Source of the DNA: Phoronis australis
Taxonomy: Eukaryota; Animalia; Phoronida
Assembly: GCA_002633005.1 (NCBI GenBank)
Contig: NMRA01000314.1
Location: 93,362 to 157,361, forward strand
DNA: 64,000 bases
Direction of reading: 5' to 3'
Positions 1 to 13,660 of this stretch are shown here, one piece after another (position 1 is the stretch's first letter; each line of letters starts with the position of its first letter). A program made the translations under genes and the position numbers. The notes beneath the pieces were generated by a model, which saw only the letters and a list, made by a program, of their open reading frames with translations, did not search any database and was not told where the DNA came from.

Positions 1-1520
1 CAACTTATTTGACAAAAAGTTGACACTACAGGAAAATTTACATTAGACTTTAGTAACGTACAAGTTTGATCAATGTACATCATGTAGTTTTGGAAAGTTT
101 ACATTTTAACCTGTTTGCGACCAAATATCTTAAAAAATGATTTGTTTCACAACGAAAATCTCAGTCACATTTACCTGTCCTTTTTAATCGTAATTGTTAT
201 AAGACGGACGTGCTTGCCTACTTCATTCAACTTACTAGGCCGTCACGGTGGGATACGTGACTGAGCGCGCAGCACAGTTATTGGGCCACCTTTGCGGGCC
301 CATTTCAGACGGTAGCACCAGCGTGCATTCAGGACCTAGTTTTTGCGAAAAGAGCAAGAACTCACAAGGCTTCGCAAGATATCGCCATGTAATATGCATG
401 CGAAGAATGTGAACACACTAACTTCTTTGAGATTCTTGCGTCTACGAAACTTCACAGTGCGGTTTACACCCCACATAGCCAACATATAGCCAGGACACCC
501 CACTTCTGTGTTCTTGTCATGACTTGCCCGAAGGAAAGCGTTGCTTCCTCATCCAACTGTATCAGCTTTCTCTTGTTGACGTTTTACATTCATAACAACA
601 TTAAGTCCAGACGTATTGAAAAGCATCTCTAAAACTAGCTGTTTATCACGATGTTTAGAAATCGAATGACAACTCCGCCACTCTTATTGTTACGAGAACT
701 AATTTCACAATGTGCAGTGCTACGCTGACGTCATCTGCTCCACGTGCGTGCTTGATTGCGCTGTTAGTAACGCAAAGGGATATTTGGTTCGGACATTGAA
801 AATTAAATGTCGAGGTGTGAAACAAGGTGATGCGTAAATTGGCGAACAATAAAATCGATTAAGAAGTGGTCAGCTTTGACCATGTGATAAAACCTCGATG
901 AAAGTACATGCATCAGCATATGTGTTTGTCTCGTTACCGTTCATCAGTAAGGTAAGATTTTAAGTGCAAGGCATAATTTGTCAATGCACGAAGAAAGTAA
1001 ATTAGACGGTGCGTTATTGAAATAATTGTACAGTGTAGTAAGTGCTGTTATAACTAATTTCTCTAAAGACGTCGTTGATTGGGAAAAAGTTGTAATTAAA
1101 TTTCGTTGCATTACTCAACTGACAAGGAAGCCGTTCAGATTTTTTTTTTCGTATTGCAAAGGAGCCTTGCGCTAATGACGAGAAAAATCATGAAACTTGA
1201 TATTCACAAAATTCACGGCTAATTGACCTGCATCTATCAAATGCGCCTATCAGTTATATTTAGTAAAACTCATATCACTGAATCTTATTTCTAAGTGGCA
1301 GCATTTTCCAAAGTTTGGTTTACAGTGAGGTATTGAGTTGAGCGACAAGGCTTAATGAAGTACATGTAAGTCGAGATAGCGAATCATCACTGCCTTTTCA
1401 GCTAAACAATATCAGATAAAATAACCGGGGTAGGTTTGTTATTCGTAGCGTTTGCTACTGTTGCGCTAGTTTGAGTAAAGATGGAGTTGCAAGGGTAAAC
1501 AAAGGGGACTGAGTTCTATC

Positions 1521-1677
1521 CTGCCTCCCGTTCAGTAACGCTAGGACCTCGCTAAAAGGCAAGACTTCGCGAGATTATGTGAGATATTGCCGTACATTTT
1601 AAATGAGAACATGTGTCTTTGACTAGGATTTAGCTAGGTCCTAGCGTAGGTCCTAGCGTCTACTGAACGCACGCCAG
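1521..1677. mobile_element. ~155-bp MITE (CTAGGACCT family, probably PIF/Harbinger-mobilised)
   Basis: Imperfect TIRs CGTTCAGTA(G)ACGCTAGGACCT; near-identical copies at 42174-42328 and, inverted, at 27376-27518. Confidence 0.8.
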
Positions 1678-4600
1678 TATTACAGTGTCAATAGTGGCCT
1701 ATTGTACTACATAAAGAGGACGACACGGCCATAGGCAAGTAAACCATATTGGGCGTGCTGACTGTGCTGTTAGATCACTATCACCGAGAAGACAGACTAT
1801 AGAAACATACGTTACTACATGTATGCGCTTCAGTCAGATCTCTCTCTAGAAGGGGTCACGTATAGACTGAACACGATACGCACGTTACGCGCTTAAAGTG
1901 GCACAGTACGTGAAAAACAACAAACATTCAAAGTGATTCTCTGCCACTGAAACACAAGTCAAGATGTTCACTAGGCATTTTTACGATTTGTTAGTAAAGA
2001 TTTCGAATTTCTCTTGATTTCAGGGCATTTTTCTTTTAGTTTCAAGTTTAAAAAAACGATTTTCTTATCACTTCGTCGATTTTTCTCCCACAAGGCAAAA
2101 CGCTTCTCCTTCATTGGTATCCCAAGACACAGACGGACCATATTTACCCTATATGAAAAATGTGACCTATTACCCTTGACATAAATAAAGAACGGCGATT
2201 TAAAGCAGCAGCCACTCCGACCTTTTTGAGCGCTTGCGCTCATGTATTTTATTAGGGTAGACAATTTGAAAACTTTGGATACTCCTAGTGACCCGATAAG
2301 CGATCGAAAGTTGTTTTGATGTACCAATCATAAATTCAAAATGTCTAGCTCATCCTATAAGTCTGCAAAAAGTGACCTTTGACCTTTCAGATCTGATTGG
2401 ATGATTTGATCGCTTAGGAAAATAATTCTTGAAAGTTTGCCCGGCACCTCTGCATCGGAGTTTAAAAGTACGTCTTTAAAAATACATACAAGAAATGTCG
2501 TTTTAAAAATGACATGACCTTGGTACTAATTATCTCTTTACGAAGTATTTAGGGCTACATCAGAAGCGAATTGGTTAAAATCTGTAATTAATGCTGATTA
2601 TCATAAACGTCTAATTATTGACCACGTAGAAAACAAGATGCAGCCTGAAAAAATCAAACTTTCAGAAGCTAATGAACCTAATGACTCGATAAAAGCCTCA
2701 AATGACGTCAAGGTTTGGGCGTGAAACTTGTTTACATGTACTAATCGAATACGATAATTTAAAGTACCGAACATTTGTTTGCATTCACGGAACACGACAG
2801 GGGGCGCGACGGTAAACAAGCATGTGTGCAAAGGTATCCGTGGGTAGTCAAAAGTTTTAACATCAAATTGAGAATTGCAACCGCTTATTGAATAACTTCA
2901 AAAAGGAAATTTCCGCAAGAAACCTAGGGTCCACGTCAAATTTCCTGTCTCAGCGATGCCTCCTGGTCTCTCGCAAGAGGGTGGCATTGTCGCATCATAA
3001 CTCTTTAGTGGAGTATGATTGACTTTTCACAGTCAGCAGAAAAGATCAAAGACCACTGTAGGCGCAAATTGACATGATTAACAGCGTGAATATTTACTGC
3101 ACTCTCAAGCCTTTCGTTGCTAGGCGACCCTTTGGTGCTGCAAACAAGACACTTGAATATTAAGTGACACTACTTTTGCTGGTCTGTACACATTTAAGAT
3201 CTACTGAAGCATGAGTGCTAGTAATCCGTTGCAATACGCACATGGGCACTGAAGCACTATGGCTTAGGGGCATAGAACAGTTCTCACAGGGGTTTGTCTA
3301 TTAGAACACACGTCAATGAATTCGCCACTCTTTCTTCATTCTGTCAAAAATTGTATGCAAAGAACGAAAAGTTTTGAGTCATTTCACATCACAAGCCCCA
3401 CAGATGAATACAGACTCTTTACTCCCTCTTGTACTTTTGACCCTTTCACTCAAACTGAAAAGTAAGGTAGACTAAGAAAATGAGGGGAATAACACGAAAT
3501 TTACACTTTTCACACCAAGACAACCATTTCCTTGCCGATTTACGACTAAAGTCAACATTAGATTCTGCAAGCAAATTTCCTGCCGATTCCATGCATGTGC
3601 TCCAAAAGTACTGTCAACCAACTAGTTTTTTGCAAATATGGCGTGTTTGAGGGCTACCTGAAATTGCAACCAATTTCTCAGTCATTACCCAGCAATGCTT
3701 ACCATAACAATAGGGGGCCGCCATCTTGAAGAAGAGTGCAGCTACAGCCGAGCAAGTGGACTTCTTCATTCTCAACATGTTCACTTAATACAAACAAACC
3801 ACATTCACTCAGCCTACATGCAATGCCTACCTACAAATGCCTCCAGCACTGGCCTACCCCTAGATTTTAATATTTTGGGAGTGCAAATTGGCCGCGGCCG
3901 CAGCCTAACTCAGTTTAGTGCCACGTTAGAACGTCACTATCATGGTCAAAATGGAGTGCAGTAGCTGATTCGTCAATTCTGAAAAATACCACAGATAACG
4001 CTGCCCTAGAATCCCACAGAAGAAATGCGTTTGCAGACACTAAAGAACATTTTATTAATTGGATTACATTTTGGTGAACAAAATAAAGACGTTTATTTCA
4101 TCTCCTAACAATGTTCTTTTTATGGTAGTGAGCAGATTTTTTTATTACCCGACGAAGGTCTTGGGGACGTAATCTCGTTAGGAACTAAGGAACAATCAAA
4201 TTCTTCTAAGTGACTAATGAAACTTTTAGTTAACCGACATCAAAACTATAAATATTCTGCAGAAGCTCACATTCTTCCGTGGCATTAACAGGCATTATAC
4301 AATTAACATACCATTAACATACCATTAACATACCATTAGCCAGCACTGAAAAATGTAGACATGAGCAAGGGGGTCTAATCTTTTTACTGGAAACCGAACT
4401 CGAAGGTACTTTTTGTCCTTTTCCAATCGACTTCTGTGCGCGCAACTAAATATAAGTGTGTACATGTATTGTTCTGTGCTCGAATATATATTGGCTTGCG
4501 TGAAACACTGTCTAACACAATTTTGCAATTGGTGACACTAGCAATAACTCTAAAAGCCCGAATCTGAACTCATGGAAATTTCGGGGTTTTAGTCGAGTTG

Positions 4601-5689
4601 TAGCTCAAATATAGAGGTCATCTAGTGAAAATTTTGTCTAGAAACTTATATGTATGAACCATAATGTACTCGCGCACACACTAGTACACCCGTATCACAA
4701 CTACAAAAGTACAATTGAATTCGGCTGAGTACAAAGATTGGACCCCGGGCCTCGATGACGGGATCAATTTGACGCCATTTTGACGAGGACTCCGTCATGA
4801 GGTGCTGCTATGGATTACTTAAATTCAATTTTTGGATTGTTATGTCACCAACACAACAACAAATTTAATTAAATTTAGCATGTTTACCCTTTATACTTAT
4901 TCTGATATATCCTATATCGCTTTGCTTCAAGTATAATTAGGCTTTATTTTGCAAATTTCTGAATCTCGATGATGGTGGTAACGAGCTTCCGTTTCGTGAA
5001 ATGACTAATTTGTCAAGTCAAAGAAAGTATATGAGGAATAAACAACGTTGGCACGTAAACTCTTTGTTGTGCTGACAATGCATATAGATGTTTTGTGCTA
5101 TTAATGCGAGAATAATTTAATATCGTTATATTACCCCTATCTAACACGTAGTGAGACGTCATTTGGCGGTTTCGTGAAGCTGTAAATTGGTGTAGAAGCA
5201 ACTGAAACATCAAAACAAACGTAGGCGATGGAGCATCTGTTTACTTGCTAATGGCAGACGACAGGTAATTGGAAATGGGAGATACTAATTTCAATAACGA
5301 ACTAGAGAACTTAAGAACAATAGATAATTGTCCAAAACCATACTAATTACATCTGGGTGTGTGTACAAACTAAAACACATACCTAAGTAAATATCCTATT
5401 TTCAAAATTCATGGTACAAATGCATTTTAACAAGAAAAGTTTGGCCTCAGTATATGATAAGGTTATGTACACGAGGCAAAATTTCGGAAACCGGCCCGAT
5501 GAACGCAACGGTTTGATTTCGCGTACATCACAATCTCACCCTACGTGTAGTTTTGAAAGAGGATTCGATATAAGCATGGAACCCCTATCTGAGTTTGGTG
5601 GGCGCTATAAAATCTCACCTCGATTGACTTCTAAAGTTATTTCTGCACTTTTCTATGAACCTATATTTGCGTACATGCTGAGTGCATCA

Positions 5690-5985
5690 TTTCAAACTTA
5701 TCATAATAAGCATTGCTACCACAGTCGTCATAGTTATCATCGTCGTTACCGTCAACAACGACATCGTCATCCTTTTCATCATCACCATTGTCACCATCAT
5801 CACCAATTCCACCATAGTCATCGACATCGTCAGCATCGTCAGCATCATCAAAACCATTACCACCCACCTCCGTTTGAACACCAGCTTCACCACAAGGATT
5901 CGTAATAATCATCGTCATCGCCACCCTGACCACCGTCATCACCGTCATCACCGTCATTATAGTCGTTATTAATCACTCGTTGTCG
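5690..5985. repeat. Degenerate (CAT/CAC/CGT)n trinucleotide low-complexity tract
   Basis: Visible triplet periodicity; explains the stacked His/Asp/Met-rich ORFs. Confidence 0.85.
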
Positions 5986-8900
5986 TGATGTAATACAAAC
6001 GGTTTTTGATGGCGTTCGCCAATGTCTGTCCTCAGAAACAAATGATTAAAAAGAAATTGACTCGATAAAAATGCCACTTAGGGAAATTAAAATAGTTATT
6101 GCAATGCTCTAAAGATTGGGATAAGATTGAGCAATTGTTTACGGACTGGCGATATTTATAACATTCGCTCCTTTGAACAATTAATAGTCTCTCCTTGGGG
6201 AATGTTTCATTAAGACGTGATTATAAAGCAATGCGTACTGGAAGGCTTTGATTGGATTAGTGTCGCGAGATCAGCTACCCCCCTGCACGCTTTAGGCTAA
6301 TATTTGTACAACGCGTTCCTTTACATTTCTCTCCGTAGATTTAATGTTCTCGCGAGTAATGACGATTCATATCCAGGCGTAGCTACATGTATGAGGTAAG
6401 CCTGTTGTTGTCGGTATAGAAAAATTGCGTAGACTCATTTTTTCTTGTGTGCGTACTCACTCGAAGAGTACATTTATATACAAGTACGACGATCTCATTA
6501 AGAAAAAAAGAAATTCACTAGGTGTGATAATTTTGTTTTAGAGTTATGACAAAATGTAAGACGTTCATGAACCTGGTACCTACGTTCGTATCAAGAAGAC
6601 AGTTGAAACGACAACAAGCTTACGATGACTGTCGGTGAAATGTACTGAAATGTTCAAGTGTTGCGCGGTTGACTCCCGCTGGAACAGTTAAAACATTTTG
6701 ATGCATGTCTCATAAATATTTACTTGCAGCTACTTATTAATTTAACAAAACCTGCTCCAAGGATTACGTAGAACTACTGCATACGTGCGTGAGTCATCAT
6801 TGCTTCGTTACAGACTTTATTGCTTGTAGTAGTTATTGAATCCACCGGCTGCTGTGTAAGAAAAATACGCGGAACCTTGCATGTATCACGTTTTTTACTA
6901 TAAACTTCTGTTGTCCAAATCTTCGTTAAACTCTGCTCCAACCAACTTAAAGTCGAATCAAACAGCTATCATTGTTTCAAATCAAACATAATCACGTTTA
7001 TTTGGAACACAATAATGTGTGCTATAATGAGCTCAAATAAGGTGTTTGAATATTTTGTTATGGTTCCGCGACGTATTTGTCACCTTACTCTAGAAAATAA
7101 TTTTGACTTTAAGTAAAGAGACACAAACGAGGAACACGCGCGTCGTTTAGTTAACCCCATAATGTGCAATCTCTTTCAAGGGACTGCAAAACTAATATTC
7201 TGTCATTCACGGAGTTCTCGTAGGGGAGGTTCACTATTCTGCTCAGTGGCGTACAGCGTGCGTGTTCCACGCTTGTGCGTTATGATTAATATACTTTTTA
7301 AACGGTAAATCCACTAATTCAGATTATCTCGGGAGTCGTTAACGTAAATCTAGTTAATGAATGAATTTAATAAATAATTCATATCTCCAGACTCGTCCTA
7401 ATTGTTTTAATCGGTTTGTTAGTTTAACAGAGCCTACACTCACCTGCCGAAGGCAACTGTAATCTGATTTATTACGTCAACAAATTTCCGACGGGGTTGT
7501 ATTTTATGCAGGTCGGTTCATTTAACAACGCAATTCCGTTATATGCGCCAGTGTACGTAATGTTGAAAGGTGGAGTTGTGTTTTTTTTCTACACGAAGAG
7601 CAGTCGTGGAGTGTCAAATCAGTACATCGATTAGCCTGTTCATTCTTCATCTGGCAATAGGGGGCACTAGTAGGAAAAGATTTGGTGCATTCCGTGTCTT
7701 ATCTGTCAAAACTATGGCGTCAGGTCTGTCACTAGAGGTGAAAATTGCATGTCTCGTCAGTGACTTCAAGTGTCTGTGTCATCTCGTCTATCTTTACCGT
7801 TTTAACCACCCTGTGTCCTTATCACCTCGTGTTCTGCAGAAACCACCGAGCCGAGAGGTGTCGCGTAACGAGGAAAGTGAGGGAACAAACTTTGCCGTCA
7901 ACGATGAGGTCACAAGGTGGCGCTGAGCACTTTATCCTCATCTTTGTCGTTCCAGGAAGGTTAAAATCAGGGACAATGGGTTTTTTCTTTTCAAAAACAA
8001 TTGGAAAGCAGAAAACTGAAACATATGCACTGACCGAGGTTGCTAGAAAAGATCAAAGGGCCAACAAACCGTACAGGATATTTCAGCACCTTCGTCTGCT
8101 TACTAGTGTCAGATAACAGAACTGAATTTCTTATTATCGAATGTAACTGGTCGATCATAATTGATGCAAAACATGGTTTTGGTAGCATGCCCCTTTAACA
8201 ATCTTCCTCCAGACTGAAGAATCTATGAAGTGTCTTATCGATAAAGCTCAAATCTTGTGGTCAGAATTACCAAAAGCTAATAGGCTTTCGTTTTTCAGTT
8301 GTCAACCAGTCTGTGAAAACTTCCTTCCAGTTGTATCAAATGTCCATTGTCAGCTAGAGTAACTATTTCGGGATCTGAGAGAAAAGAGATCATGAAGTTT
8401 GAAAATATACAATCATGACACTCTAATCATATGAAGAAGCTGCGAAACTAGAAATGTAAAATTTGAGTTTGAGAAGATCACTAAAACGAGGTCATTCGGT
8501 CAGACTTTTAAACACACTATGACCGAATTTATTTGCGTATTTTAACATTTCAAACTGCCTCTTACGTCTCTATGTCCGTGGTTAACTAGTTTACAACCAC
8601 ACGTCAAACGTCTTCACCTGGCTCAAATACTAAATAGACTCTGGATTCGACTCTATTCCGTAATAGCGCAAATTCCGCGTCCTTTGAGTTAAGAACTTCA
8701 AAAAAGGAATTTAACTTCAAAGCAGTAGAGTTGGTCCAAGATTATGTTCTTTCAATATGCGATCCAATGTTTTCAAAATAACCTGAGTTACAAATTGCAT
8801 TTTAACAATGGTCTTCTGAATTTCTGGAGGTGCATAGACAAAATTGCCCCCACAGTTGGATACCAGTGAATATCACTTCTCATGAATTGCAGGAAAAAGC

Positions 8901-11900
8901 GCAAATTCATCGCAGGACTGAAACGATAGGCGAATTTAGCCCCCCCCCCCTTGGCTGCAGCAAAAAAAAAATAAAAAGCAACAGCGTGAGGAAATATTGA
9001 ATTCATTAATTAACGTCGGTAATTAACATGCGGCTGAGCGGGGGGGGCTCAGACCCCATTGCAAGTGCCCGACCTGCGCAATCATTTTCCCGCTTTTTTA
9101 GTCCTCCGTTTGTTTTTCTTTTAGTAGAAGATCCAGAAATTCGAGCCCCTATTTTTCAGGCTGGGTGAGTGTATGCAATCGTGCTTTGCGCAGTTGCCCG
9201 AGACAAAATGTTGTACCCCCACCCCCCTACGATATTCTAGAATCGGCAATGGAAACCTACCACTACTGTTAGTGTTACTACTATGTTAGTGGTGTATTTC
9301 GATTGATGACACTGTTGATACTGTATGTTACAAAGTTGTGAGAATAAAGGGAGGAGTGTTATTTAGTAATATTCTAGCTTATGAGGGCCTAAATACACAG
9401 ATATTAGACATTCTCAACTTTTATGACAACGCAGCAATCTGGTTTAACTGCTTCTGTAAAGAATCGGCTCCAAGGCAAATAGACCGTTATCCATCGCTCC
9501 AGTCTTCTCGTACTATGACACTGCCAAAGTAAGCAACTCCATTTTCCTGTGTGGCTAGAGGTGTCCTGAAACTTTTGATATTTGAAAAGTTCCCGCGCTT
9601 TAAGTTGCACGTCTATCCAGATGTTCTCCTGATGGTACATTGCTACACAAGAGGTGGCACTGCATGCTGTCTCTTTAGCCAATAAAAATGAGAAATTCAG
9701 AAGGTACAGATTATTTCAAGATGGCTGTCATGTGTATTCTTGTGGTTTAATGCTGCAGACCTTTTTAGAGAGTAAATTGACATGAATCAATGACTGTGTG
9801 CAAAATGACAATCATAGTAATATTAGAATAGTAATAAGCATAATTTTATTTTACATGCACGTGATTAGTTATTAAGTAATTACAGAACCCCATAGCAGGA
9901 TTCTCGCTGCAGAATAAAGCATAAAAATAGTTCCAGGTGACCAGTGCAATGGGTCCAGATGCGAGGCCTGCGCACGTCTGGTACAACGTGTATCAGACCA
10001 CCTGCAATTGTTTTGTTTTTTAATTACAGAACTATTAGAGAGCCAGGGTCCCACCTCCGAATCAGACTCAGCTCAGACTCGAAACTTTATCAATCAAGTC
10101 GCATATTTCGAGCACAACGTCGCTATAGCGGATATTTAATATTGGCGTACATGTACTCTAGCGTAATGAAAATGTAATCCCGCCTTTCGCTTGATCCTGA
10201 CTCAGACTCGGTGTTAAGAAATTCAAGATGGATGTTAGTCACGTTACTTCCTACTCTGGTGAAATTGCGTCGGATTTTCTCTCCTTTATCGTCCCAGAGG
10301 GACAGAAGTACTTGGCAGAACGAGGAACAACTATTTCCAATTACCGGAAAGAGCAGTTATTGTTGTAGAAAATGTGTTAAAATGGTATTAATACCAGTTG
10401 GTTGAAACCTCACGTCAGCAATACATGAAATCTATAGGTGGCGCTGAAAGTGTCAATCAAAGACTTGATCGCCGCCTGTTGGTTTAGTGAATTTCAGTTC
10501 CGCGCGACTAATTTGAAAATCAGGTATTGGTCAAATTTTAAAAACTTCAGTTTGACCAAATGCTTTTCCTACAACCCTAAGTTAACAGATTCTCTGACAT
10601 ACATAATTTGACAATTTTAAGCAAATATTCTTTTAAAATAGCAAAATCCATTCAACGTCAGTTTTGAAGACCATAATGGCAACCCTTCGTTTTATTCAAA
10701 AACATTTCTGTTGCCGTTTTTTCGTTGCGTGCCAGTATTTCCAGGAACGTATTGTCCCCTGCTTCACTGTTCACTGTTCTGATATTCTAAGGTACCATCA
10801 TTTATAATTCGTTGTTCTCATCCCTATGTTCTCCCATCCCAAATATCTCTTGACTCTCAATTACTGGGGTCCGATGCTGTCTCCCAACGATGCCTCTCCG
10901 GTTCAATGCCAACTAGTTCCGTTTCAGCGTGTGTGCCATTCCAATTGTTTTTTTTTATCGGAGTGACAGACATTTTATGATTGTCGTCTATTACGTCATG
11001 TAGCACGGAAACAAAAATCATGGTGTTGGCCTTTTCATTCTGATATAGACTGAGATATCAACCCTAAGGAACATGAAATGTGTCAAAGAAGATACAAAGT
11101 GGAACTTCTGCCATCTGTGATCAATAACTTTACTTAATACTCTAAGCATACCCGCGCACTAGTACATAGCGCACATTTTACCTAAAGCAAACACTAACGA
11201 GGGAAATGATGTTCTGAGGAAATGTCTGTTTCTTGCATTGTGATTTTGACGGATGTCTTGCAATAATTATTTCACTTACACGTAGTTTTGGCCTTGAAAT
11301 TAACTTTAACTTTTCGAAAACTGCGAGTTAGTTTAACTTAAACCAATCTCAAATCAACAATGTAGTGTATCAAAATATTTTATGTCGAAGTTTAACCACC
11401 AAATGGCGCTCATGAATTTATAAGAAATATTTGTTTAAATTTGCATTGCCATAGGAAAAAGCAAATCGCTTTAACATGCTGTAATACTACCCGCGGTATA
11501 ACCCTTTATGGACATGTGTTTTTCGTCTTAGATGTGTTCTATCACATGTCCACAGTGCATATAGATACTTTAAAGGGCAGAACACGTAACTTTGGTTTTT
11601 ACAATATGTTCTCGTCATCAATGTCATAAATTTCAGAACCTAATGAACGGTTAGGCTTACTGATTTATATTTTTCTGCAGCGAGAATCCTGCTGTGGGGT
11701 TCTATTTAGACCCCTAAGCAATACAAAAACCTTACATACTTTGTTCTGTGTTCTCGCGGTGACGCAATATAGCGCGAAAAGGAAACTTGACCTTTCAGTA
11801 TATTTACAAGCCTAAGTGTGAGTGATAGAATCGTGTCCTCTTATGTTGCTAAAGTATTGATGGGGTTCAATGGGTTTTGAAAGTCAAATTTCATGAAAAA

Positions 11901-12440
11901 GTTAATGCTTAATATCAGGACTTTTTACTTTCATAAGATGCAATAGTTTGTGGCATCCAAAACATCAAAGCAAAATTTCGACTACTGAGGTGGAAATGTG
12001 TTTGAATTCTGGCTTTGCCCTCGGTACACAATTAACTGGAACAAAGTGGTATGTTGTGTAACATACGCATATTAGTGCTTCGATATTTATACCATTCTAT
12101 GACGTGATTATAAAATCTCTTGGAATTAGGGACCTCCATTAATATTTGCCTGACTGGACGATATCCCATTGACTGCACTAAATCTGTCCCAAAAACAGAT
12201 CTCTTAATTCCTCGGTTACTATTTGAAGACTTGTCCGCGCAGTGACTGGACAGAATTAATATAAACGGGCGCTTACAGCAAATGAAAAGCTGTGAGTATT
12301 ATCTAAACAAAGCCAGTTACTCAAATGAGCCATACTAAGCGTAAAATCTATTTAACTCACCATGACGGTTGCTATGATAAGCACTCTAGGCACACAACTA
12401 GGTGAAGTTTGCACGGAGTGAGTGCCTTTATCGGACACCA

Positions 12441-12817
12441 GGGCCCGGTCTCTGATCTTTGTACTCGAACTCGAAATTATTTTTGGCAATTTCTCTGCTC
12501 CTTTTGTGCAAACTCAAGACAAGTGGTTATCAGACTGTGTTCGAATACATTACAGTTTATGCATAGGAGTTTCTAGTTCAAGTTTGCCCATGATAACCCA
12601 TTTATTCGTGCTACAAACTCAAGTGAAAACTCGAACTTTTAGACTTAACGTTGGGTTTATCAACTGCACACTAAGACTAAAAATTATCTATGTAAGTCAT
12701 TATGTACTCTAGCATAAAATAATAGACACTTATCTAGAGTTCGCACAAAAGCAGAGTAGAAAATGCCAAACATAATTTCGAGTTCCATGTCGAGTAAAAA
12801 GATTAGAGACCGGGACC
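12441..12817. mobile_element. Harbinger-like MITE
   Basis: TIRs GGGCCCGGTCTCTGATCTTTGTACTCGA / TCGAGTAAAAAGATTAGAGACCGGGACC in a CWG context; a related end lies near 4725-4752. Confidence 0.7.
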
Positions 12818-13263
12818 TGGATCAGGTAACAAGATCATCATCATCATCATCATTATTATTATTAAACATGTATAAAAGACAACCATATCAAAAGAATTCT
12901 ATACCTAAGGAACACTTAAAAAGTCTGAGTAGTCTAAACAATTTAAATTGAAATACATTATTTGTAATGAAGAGTACTAAGTGAATTTTACCCCTTTAAA
13001 GAAGACTGCTTTACCATCCATCATCATGATCATCATCACCATCATTATCACCATCATCATCATCTTCATATAGGGACAGCAGTGTCACCGGGGCTTGACT
13101 TTTATAAAAAAACATTTCCGGGTATATGGCATTAGTATGCAACTGACCGGAAACATAAAATATCGCCCGTGTGCTTCCAGGAATTTATTTTCCATTTTAT
13201 CTAATAAAGTCTACTCAGGTTCCGGGTATTTACCGATATATTCGAGGTAACTGGACCACACTT

Positions 13264-13660
13264 ACTACCGGGATTTTTCGTAGATAAGCCCATGGGCGTG
13301 TATTCGAAAAATTATAATTTTCAGGCGTTTTAGTAACACCACATAAACGCCCGGGCGTTTATTCGGAAAAGACGGACGTGTAAACGGAAAGTCATAGTTT
13401 TGCTGATTTTGACATTTTTCACTTAAAACTGTGTTTTTAAATTTTATAATAATACATGCATAGTTCACCAAATCCTTGTTGGCTTTTAAAGATGATAAAT
13501 GCTCCACAAACTAAATTTGTGACAAAAAGTTGACGCTGAGTGGGCTTTCGAGAGGAAATTTTCCGAATAAACGCCCCTTGTTATTTGGACACTTAACACC
13601 ACAAGTTGTAACATCAAATAAGCACCCATGGCGTTTATTCGGCATAATTTTCCTATGGGT
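13264..13660. mobile_element. Degenerate Tc1/pogo-type MITE
   Basis: TA-CCGGGATTTTTCGTAGATAAGCCCATGGGCG terminus and repeated GGCGTTTATTCG motifs; right end unclear. Confidence 0.45.

Noticed and set aside
5411-5972. His-rich, Asp-rich and Met/Thr-rich overlapping ORFs
   Set aside because: All arise from one degenerate CAT/CAC microsatellite that is open in several frames; no splice or homology support.
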